In this document: one piece after another, positions 56,737-64,000 of the stretch
How positions within the stretch are numbered: the first letter of the stretch is position 1
Layout: every line of letters begins with the position of its first letter
Assembly (NCBI GenBank): GCA_003141835.1
Contig: PLNR01000011.1
Coordinates: 107,804-171,803 of the forward strand
Origin: Candidatus Omnitrophota bacterium
GTDB lineage: Bacteria; Omnitrophota; Gorgyraeia; Pluralincolimonadales; Pluralincolimonadaceae
DNA: 64,000 bases
Direction of reading: 5' to 3'
The notes under the pieces: generated by a model
What the model saw: only the letters and a program-made list of their open reading frames with translations
The model's database searches: none
Told to the model about the DNA's origin: nothing
Position numbers and translations under genes: made by a program

Positions 56737-58220
56737 ATCTTGTTGCCTCCGCTCTTTTTGGCTTCATAGAGGGCCGCATCAGCCGACCTGATGATCTCAT
56801 CCCTCGATACCGCGTCTTCCGGCACCGCGGCGCAGCCGATCGAGACTGTGACGTGGGTCTCTACCTGCCTAAGGATGAATTTTTCGGTCTCTATTTTTTT
56901 CCGTATCTCCTCGCCCAGCTTCTGCGCGACGGCTTTGTCTTTTCCGAAGAGAAGGATGACGAACTCCTCCCCTCCGTACCTGGCCGCGATATCGCCGATC
57001 TCCAGCGAGCCCTTGAGCAGGCCTCCGATCGACTTGAGGACTATGTCGCCGGCTATATGGCCGTATTTGTCGTTATAGCCCTTGAAGCCGTCTATATCGA
57101 ACATGAGCAGCGAGAGCGGCTGTTTTATCCGGACCGCCTTCACGATATCTTCCGCTAACCTGTCCTTGAAATACCTCTGGCAGTAGAGCCCGGTCAACCC
57201 GTCGCTTATAGCGAGCTCTTCGATACGGTGATAGAGCTTTGCGTTCTCGAGCGCGATAGCCGCGAGGTCGGAGATGATAGTGAGCAGCCTCAGGTCATCT
57301 GATATGTAAGCCTCGGCCTCGCTGCTTTCGACCCTCAGGATCCCGATGACCTTCTTCTCGGAAATAAGCGGCGCGGCGATCAGGGACTTGAAATCACGCC
57401 TGAACTCGACGGGTATCAGGTCAAGGTTGAACCTGAAATCCTTATCCGCGTCCGATACCATGAGCGGCTGCCTCTGTTTCAGGACCCATATATCGAAGAT
57501 GTCGCCTTTTTTCGATTTGACTGATACGGCGCCTTCATTGCCCCTGGCCGCTTTAAGGGCCAGCTCGTGGGCATCCTCGTCCACCAAAAAGAGGATGGAC
57601 GCGTCCGCCTTCTCGACCAGGTCGCTGACGTTATCTATTACTATATTCACCACCGAATCGAGAGACAATGTCGAGCTGAGCTTGCCTGTGAGATCTTTCA
57701 GGATAGCGTACCTTACGACCTTCTCCTTAAGCGCCTCGTTCGTCCCCTTCATGGAGGAATGTTCGGCCTCGAGGGCGTTCTTCTCCTCCTCAAGCGTGTC
57801 TATCTGCCTGTCTATGGAAAGCGCGTACGAGACCATGCTGTTCTTGAAGATGGACACGAAGAGGCCGACGACGAAAAAAATAAGTATCTGCATGTTCATG
57901 TTGGGGGTATGGATATTACCGGCCGCGGCGATCCTGGATGCGGAGATAACTTCTACGGAAGTGGTTATGTTGGTGTTGGTGACGAGCGAAACGAAAAGCG
58001 TGAGTATCGACGAGAGGGCTACGAATATCCAGAGGCCCCATTCCCCGAAAGCGACCCACGCCAGGAGTATGAGGACATTAAGGAGTATGATAAGCGAACT
58101 TATCAGCCCGTAGACCCAGTATTGCACCGGGTAACGATGGCAGGCCGAGATTATCAAGGAAGAAATGAGGAGAAAACCTGCTATCGCAAGTATTCCTGAA
58201 ACAAGCTTTTCCTTTTTCAA
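56724..58220 (-). CDS. Membrane-anchored GAF-GGDEF diguanylate cyclase with a coiled-coil linker.
   Basis: TM N-terminus, coiled-coil (EEEKNALEAEHSSMKGTNEALKEK), GAF, and the RYGGEEF motif. 498 aa. Confidence 0.85.
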   Translation of the reverse strand: MKKEKLVSGILAIAGFLLISSLIISACHRYPVQYWVYGLISSLIILLNVLILLAWVAFGEWGLWIFVALSSILTLFVSLVTNTNITTSVEVISASRIAAAGNIHTPNMNMQILIFFVVGLFVSIFKNSMVSYALSIDRQIDTLEEEKNALEAEHSSMKGTNEALKEKVVRYAILKDLTGKLSSTLSLDSVVNIVIDNVSDLVEKADASILFLVDEDAHELALKAARGNEGAVSVKSKKGDIFDIWVLKQRQPLMVSDADKDFRFNLDLIPVEFRRDFKSLIAAPLISEKKVIGILRVESSEAEAYISDDLRLLTIISDLAAIALENAKLYHRIEELAISDGLTGLYCQRYFKDRLAEDIVKAVRIKQPLSLLMFDIDGFKGYNDKYGHIAGDIVLKSIGGLLKGSLEIGDIAARYGGEEFVILLFGKDKAVAQKLGEEIRKKIETEKFILRQVETHVTVSIGCAAVPEDAVSRDEIIRSADAALYEAKKSGGNKICLA

Positions 58221-58221
58221 G

Positions 58222-59325
<1,104 letters not shown>

Positions 59326-59354
59326 TTGAACCTCCTTGGGATAGATTTAAGTCA

Positions 59355-59383
59355 ATGATACTACGGAAGTTAACTACTGTCAA
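59355..59383 (-). promoter_or_regulatory. Sigma70-type promoter, TTGACA-17 nt-TATCAT, upstream of the ABC ATPase gene. It is followed by an AGGAGG SD 6 nt before the ATG.
   Basis: Read on the minus strand: -35 at plus coordinates 59378-59383, -10 at 59355-59360, SD (CCTCC on the plus strand) at 59331-59335. Confidence 0.45.
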
Positions 59384-59415
59384 CCCTCATCAACTATTAG
59401 CAATAGGGCTGCCCC

Positions 59416-60255
59416 CTACGGGGTCAGGTAATCTATTACCTGGGCGATGCCGGATTTCAGGTTCTTCCTGTGGATTATCATGTCTAAAAGGCCGTGTTCC
59501 AGGAGGAATTCCGAACGTTGGAAGCCGGGCGGCAGTTTCTGCCTGATCGTCTGCTCTATTACGCGCGGGCCGGTAAAACCTATCAGCGCCTTCGGCTCGG
59601 CCATTATTATATCGCCCAGCGACGCGAAACTCGCCATGACGCCGGCCATAGTGGGATTGGTCAGTACGGAAATATACGGGACACCTGCCTCGTGGAGCTT
59701 TGCTATGGCGGCGGACGTTTTGGCCATCTGCATAAGGGAAAAGAGGCCTTCATACATGCGCGCTCCCCCGCCCGAACCGGAGACGATGACCAGGGGCAGC
59801 CTCAGGTTCGTGGCCAGTTCGGTCGCCCTGGCTATCTTCTCTCCCACGACCGAACCCATCGAACCCATTATGAAACGCGAATCCGTGACGACGAATATTA
59901 CCCTTTTGCCATCTATCATGCCCCTGCCGCTGATGCATGCTTCGGTAAGCCCGGTATCAGCCTCGTCCTGTTTTAATTTTTCCTCATACGTCCTCGGCCC
60001 CTTGAACTGGAGCGGATCCATGGACCTCAGGCCTGAGTCCCGTTCCTCGAAACTGCCGGCATCGAGGAGCATCGTTATCCTCTCCTGCGCTGTCAGGACG
60101 AAATGATAATTGCACTTGGGGCATACCTTCATGTTCTCTTCGAGGGCCTTGTTATATATTATCTCTCCGCACTCCTCGCACTTGGTCCAGAGGCCTTCGG
60201 GTATGTCCTTTTTCTTCGCGACTTTTACTATCGTATATTTAGGTTTTCCGAACAT
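59416..60255 (-). CDS. accD: Acetyl-CoA carboxylase carboxyltransferase subunit beta.
   Basis: N-terminal Zn-ribbon CEECGEIIY…CPKCNYH and the carboxyltransferase domain (…VVTDSRFIMGSMGSVVGEKI…). 279 aa. Confidence 0.9.
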   Translation of the reverse strand: MFGKPKYTIVKVAKKKDIPEGLWTKCEECGEIIYNKALEENMKVCPKCNYHFVLTAQERITMLLDAGSFEERDSGLRSMDPLQFKGPRTYEEKLKQDEADTGLTEACISGRGMIDGKRVIFVVTDSRFIMGSMGSVVGEKIARATELATNLRLPLVIVSGSGGGARMYEGLFSLMQMAKTSAAIAKLHEAGVPYISVLTNPTMAGVMASFASLGDIIMAEPKALIGFTGPRVIEQTIRQKLPPGFQRSEFLLEHGLLDMIIHRKNLKSGIAQVIDYLTP

Positions 60256-60259
60256 GTCC

Positions 60260-61543
60260 TTAGCCTATCTTGTTTATTACCAGGCCTGACGGGGGCTTGG
60301 GATAGAAATACGTGGTCTTGTGGGGCATCCTCTCCTGCCGCTTCACTATATTCTTTATCTCGTCAAATGCCGGAGGGTTAAGGAAGAATGAGGCCCGGCC
60401 GCTGCCCGATGATGCCCATTTGAACGCCGTCGCAAGATCCCTCGTGAACGATATCATCTTCTCCGCCTTCTCCCCTTTTATGCCCAGCGCCTTCTCGAAG
60501 ACGAGATGGTGCAATATCACTACGTCGAGGTTCCTCCAGTAATCGGAGTTGGCCGACTTTATCAGCCCGCCGGCGTCCCTGCGCTTCAGCGAGAGGCAGA
60601 GGAACTTCCTGCCGCCGAGATATACGCCTATGGTATGCTTCCTGTCCGCCTTCATCCTGGCGAGCATCTTCTCTTTACTGTTAACGTGTATTATATCAAA
60701 AAACTTTTCGATCTTACTGAGATTTTTTCGGAACGTCCCCGCGGGAAGCCCTTCCACCATCCGGTGCGTAGGGAGTATCGTCATGCCTGAGGGGTCTGAG
60801 GTCGCGAAATACATCATCACGTAATTGGCGGCAGGGCCTGATGCTCTATCATGCTCAAGCATGTATTTCCTGTATTCGAGGGAGACTTCGTAGCGGTGGT
60901 GCCCGTCGGCGATCAACGCGCGTTTGGCTTTGACGGACCTTTGCAGCCTTTTTATCGTCGCCGCGTCAGGCATAAGCCAGATCCTGTTCCTCGTCCCCTC
61001 GAACCTGACATCGACCGACGGTTTCTTGTTCCTTATGAAACCCCTCAGGATGTTTATTACTTTTTTATTCTCATCGATCACTATGGAAAATATCGGGCTG
61101 AGGTTCGCGCCGGTCTCTTTCATGAGCCTGAGCCTGTCGAGTTTCGGGCCCCTGAAAGTGCGCTCGTGGGGGAGGAACCCCTTCGTCCGGTCTTCCTCCA
61201 GCCTTGCCAGTGAGATAAAACCGAGGCGGTGCTTTTTCTTCCCGCCGTCAGTATATTCCTGGTCATAAACATAGACCGAATCCCGGGCGTCACGGACCAG
61301 GACTTCTTTATCTATACATTCCTCCAGGAAATCCCCGGCTCTCGTATATCTGTTGTTGCCCTTATTGTCCTTGGGAAGGGTCTTGCCGAGGTCCAGTCTT
61401 ATGAAGTTGTAAGGATGGGTTTTATAATACGACGCCTGCTGCCTCTTGTTTATGACGTCATAAGGTGGGGTTATGGCCTTGGAGAGATCGCCCACCGTTT
61501 TAGCATTATACCTGTAGCCTCTGAAGGGTTTGATTATCGTCAT
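60260..61543 (-). CDS. DUF1015-family protein.
   Basis: N-terminus IKPFRGYRYN…ITPPYDVI is characteristic of DUF1015. 427 aa. Confidence 0.65.
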   Translation of the reverse strand: MTIIKPFRGYRYNAKTVGDLSKAITPPYDVINKRQQASYYKTHPYNFIRLDLGKTLPKDNKGNNRYTRAGDFLEECIDKEVLVRDARDSVYVYDQEYTDGGKKKHRLGFISLARLEEDRTKGFLPHERTFRGPKLDRLRLMKETGANLSPIFSIVIDENKKVINILRGFIRNKKPSVDVRFEGTRNRIWLMPDAATIKRLQRSVKAKRALIADGHHRYEVSLEYRKYMLEHDRASGPAANYVMMYFATSDPSGMTILPTHRMVEGLPAGTFRKNLSKIEKFFDIIHVNSKEKMLARMKADRKHTIGVYLGGRKFLCLSLKRRDAGGLIKSANSDYWRNLDVVILHHLVFEKALGIKGEKAEKMISFTRDLATAFKWASSGSGRASFFLNPPAFDEIKNIVKRQERMPHKTTYFYPKPPSGLVINKIG

Positions 61544-61565
61544 TTTCAGGAAATTATATCACAAA

Positions 61566-62723
61566 TCACCTGAAAAAACTCTTTAATTTTCTTATGAATG
61601 ACGCGGAGTTGGGGAAAGTGCTTTCGCCTGATGCGCGGGTGAATTCCTGGAGTATGCGTTTCTGTGCGTCGCTGGTCACGGTAGGCGTCTCGACTATGAC
61701 GCGGACGTGCTCGTCGCCGCGGACGCCGGTATGGATATCTTTTATGCCTTTATCCCGTAACCTGAATATCTTGCCGCTCTGCGTGCCGGACGGGACTTTC
61801 ATCCGGACTTTGCCGTCGAGCGTCGGGACCTCGACCTCTGTCCCGAGAGCCGCGTCGACCATCGTGATGGGGACCTCGCAGAGTACATCGCTGCCGTGGC
61901 GTTCGAATATCTCGTGGGGCCTGACATAGATGAGGACATAAAGGTCTCCGCGCTGCCCGCCGCGCTGCCCTACTTCACCCTCGCCCGCGACGCGCAGCCT
62001 CATCCCGTTCTCGATGCCGGCCGGGATCTTCACCGTTATCTTCCTGTCGACGACTACCCTGCCGCCGCCCCTGCATTTGGGACAGGGTTTTGAGATGGTC
62101 GAGCCTTCGCCGCCGCATTTGTCGCATGCCCGGGAGTAGATCATGAAACCCTGTGAAGATTGCACCTGGCCCGCGCCGCCGCATTTCGAACAGGTAGTCC
62201 TCGAGGAACCGGGCGCCGTGCCTTCTCCCCTGCAGCTCGGGCATACCTCATGGCGGGGTATCACAAAATCTTTTGCCGCGCCGGACGCCGACTCGTTAAA
62301 ATTTATCTCCATGTCGAACTGGAGGTCTGAGCCGCGGCGCCTGCCGCCGGAACTTCGCCTTCCGCCTCCAAAAATGCCGCCGCCGAATATCCCGCCGAGA
62401 AGGTCTTCCAGGTCGACGCCTCCCATACCCATGTCCTCAAATACGCTGGAGAAATCTGCGCCGCGGAATATATCTTCGGAGGTGTAACGCGAATCTATGC
62501 CCGAATGGCCGAACTGGTCGTACTGCGCGCGCTTCTGCGTATCCGACAATACCGCGTAAGCTTCGGAGAGATCCTTGAACTTCTCTTCCGCGGCTTTCTT
62601 GTCGGTCGGGTTCCTGTCCGGATGGTATTTAAGCGCCAGCCTGCGGTAGGCGGTCTTCACCTCATCGGCTGAAGCGCCCTTTTGCACGCCAAGTATTTCA
62701 TAATAATCACGTTTTTCTGGCAT
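61566..62723 (-). CDS. dnaJ: Molecular chaperone DnaJ.
   Basis: J-domain (DYYEILGV…HPDRN), a G/F-rich linker, and four CxxCxGxG zinc-finger repeats. 385 aa. Confidence 0.95.
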   Translation of the reverse strand: MPEKRDYYEILGVQKGASADEVKTAYRRLALKYHPDRNPTDKKAAEEKFKDLSEAYAVLSDTQKRAQYDQFGHSGIDSRYTSEDIFRGADFSSVFEDMGMGGVDLEDLLGGIFGGGIFGGGRRSSGGRRRGSDLQFDMEINFNESASGAAKDFVIPRHEVCPSCRGEGTAPGSSRTTCSKCGGAGQVQSSQGFMIYSRACDKCGGEGSTISKPCPKCRGGGRVVVDRKITVKIPAGIENGMRLRVAGEGEVGQRGGQRGDLYVLIYVRPHEIFERHGSDVLCEVPITMVDAALGTEVEVPTLDGKVRMKVPSGTQSGKIFRLRDKGIKDIHTGVRGDEHVRVIVETPTVTSDAQKRILQEFTRASGESTFPNSASFIRKLKSFFR

Positions 62724-62733
62724 TTTAAGTATT

Positions 62734-62812
62734 GGGGACGTTCCAATAAAGGGTACACTCCACTTACAGCTATTAATTGCGGAAGTGGGGTGTCCCTTTT
62801 TGGGACGTCCCC
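62734..62812. repeat. Long imperfect inverted repeat (~30-nt arms, 17-nt loop) filling the dnaK-dnaJ intergenic region. Predicted to form a stable RNA/DNA hairpin ending 10 nt before the dnaJ ATG.
   Basis: Left arm GGGGACGTTCCAATAAAGGGTACACTCCACTT and right arm AAGTGGGGTGTCCCTTTTTGGGACGTCCCC are reverse complements with about 4 mismatches or bulges. Confidence 0.6.
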
Positions 62813-62818
62813 TAAATT

Positions 62819-64000
62819 TTACTTTTTCTTCTTATCCTTATCCTCATCCTCGGCGCGGAAATCCGCGTCGATGATGTCGTCTTTCTTGCCGGGACCTTCT
62901 CCCGGGCCTTCAGGTCCAGGGCCGCCTGTCGGGCCGCCCTGCGGTTCTTCGGGCCCTGCCTGCGGACCTGCTCCTTGCCCGCCCGGCTGGCCTTTCTGCT
63001 GGCTCGACTTGTATATCTCTTCAGCCAGTTTATACGATGCCTGCTGGAGGCTCTCCATCGATTTCTTGATGCGGTCGACGTTCTTATCCTTTATCGCCTG
63101 CTTCAAGTCGTTCAAACCGGTCTCGATGTTAGCCCTGTCCTGCTGGCTTACCTTATCGCCGTAATCCTTGAGCGATTTCTCGGTAGAGTAGACGAGGTTA
63201 TCGGCCTGGTTGACGACCTCGACCTCTTCCTTTTTCTTCGTATCTTCGGAAGCGAACTTCTCTGCTTCCTTGACCATCCTGTCGATCTCTTCCTTGGACA
63301 GTTTCTTCGGAGCAGTGATCTTTATCGACTGCTCTTTTCCGGTGCCGACGTCTTTGGCGTTGACGTGCACAATGCCGTTAGCGTCGATATCAAATGTGAC
63401 CTCGATCTTCGGCATGCCCCTCGGGGCCGGCGGTATGCCCATGAGGTCGAATCGCCCGAGTTCGACGTTATCGTTCGCCATCGGACGCTCGCCCTGCAAT
63501 ACGCGGATCGTGACCGACGGCTGGTTATCCTGCGCCGTCGAGAATGTCTGGCTCTGGCGCGTAGGTATGGTCGTGTTCCTCTCTATCAATTTCGTCATTA
63601 CCGAGCCTAAAGTCTCGATGCCCAATGAAAGCGGCGTGACATCGAGAAGTTGTATGTCTTTAATTTCGCCTTTCAACGCGGCGGCCTGTATGGCGGCGCC
63701 CAAAGCGACGCACTCCATCGGGTCGACTCCGCGCTCTATTTTCTTACCGACATAATCCTCTACGAATTTCTGGATTATCGGCATCCTCGTCGGGCCGCCG
63801 ACGAGTATTACCCTGGCGATATCATTCATCGTCAGTTTCGCGTCCTTTACCGCGTTCTCCATCGGTGCGCGGCACCTGTTGACTATCGGGGAGATCAGGT
63901 CCTCGAGTTTCGCGCGCGTTATCGTGTGGGTGAAATGTTTCGGCCCTGACGCGTCGGCAGTGATAAACGGCAGGTTGATGTCGGTCTGCACTGTGCTCGA
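62819..64000 (-). CDS. dnaK: Molecular chaperone DnaK (Hsp70). C-terminal ~390 codons lie in the window; the N-terminus lies beyond the window edge.
   Basis: Substrate-binding and lid-domain sequence (…[22 protein letters not shown]…[15 protein letters not shown]…) and a G/P-rich acidic C-terminus. The ORF is open to the window boundary. Confidence 0.95.
   Translation of the reverse strand, partial: SSTVQTDINLPFITADASGPKHFTHTITRAKLEDLISPIVNRCRAPMENAVKDAKLTMNDIARVILVGGPTRMPIIQKFVEDYVGKKIERGVDPMECVALGAAIQAAALKGEIKDIQLLDVTPLSLGIETLGSVMTKLIERNTTIPTRQSQTFSTAQDNQPSVTIRVLQGERPMANDNVELGRFDLMGIPPAPRGMPKIEVTFDIDANGIVHVNAKDVGTGKEQSIKITAPKKLSKEEIDRMVKEAEKFASEDTKKKEEVEVVNQADNLVYSTEKSLKDYGDKVSQQDRANIETGLNDLKQAIKDKNVDRIKKSMESLQQASYKLAEEIYKSSQQKGQPGGQGAGPQAGPEEPQGGPTGGPGPEGPGEGPGKKDDIIDADFRAEDEDKDKKKK

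Noticed and set aside
59386-59415. Possible accD terminator hairpins (GGTAAT-AG-ATTACC and CCCC-GTA-GGGG) just after the accD stop.
   Set aside because: The first would have a 2-nt loop, which is sterically implausible. The second is only 4 bp with no following U-tract. Neither is convincing as an intrinsic terminator.
62734-62812. tRNA-like appearance of the dnaK-dnaJ intergenic element (about 79 nt, with a 7-bp GGGGACG/CGTCCCC terminal stem).
   Set aside because: No D-arm, anticodon arm or T-arm can be drawn on either strand. The element is a simple long hairpin.

Overview
This 64-kb window comes from a diderm (Gram-negative-type) bacterium, and every confidently identified gene is on the minus strand. 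Read in the direction of transcription (high to low coordinates) it contains the 3' part of dnaK, then dnaJ, a DUF1015 gene, accD, an orphan MalK-type ABC ATPase with its own sigma70-like promoter, two tandem membrane GAF-GGDEF diguanylate cyclases, a ROK sugar kinase and an LptD/OstA-like outer-membrane protein. After these come ugd-rfbC-rfbA-rfbB-rfbD and a very large, tightly packed glycan-biosynthesis locus (about 43.2 kb down to 128) with 1-14 nt overlaps and ATGA-type junctions. The locus is headed by a strong TTGACA-17-TAAAAT promoter, a Rex-like winged-helix/Rossmann regulator and a specialised NusG/RfaH-family paralogue. The locus encodes sugar-nucleotide pathways: a pseudaminic-acid-type nonulosonate module (PseA/WbuX-like amidotransferase, PseG-like, PseI/NeuB-like, GNAT, CMP-sugar synthetase, DegT), a WbpA/B/D/E/I-like 2,3-diacetamido-uronate set, dTDP-rhamnose, and UDP-GlcA with a UXS-like decarboxylase. 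It also encodes six GT-B/GT2 glycosyltransferases, an ArnC/ArnT-like polyprenyl-phosphate GT2 plus GT-C pair with a NodB-type deacetylase, a Wzx flippase, three AsnB-family amidotransferases, and an unusually dense tailoring set of three B12-binding radical SAM enzymes, one further radical SAM protein, five class I SAM methyltransferases and a TylF-type O-methyltransferase. No rRNA/tRNA, CRISPR or mobile elements were recognised. The plus-strand ORFs in the track are interpreted as antisense artefacts. All calls are from reading the translations; none are verified by search.
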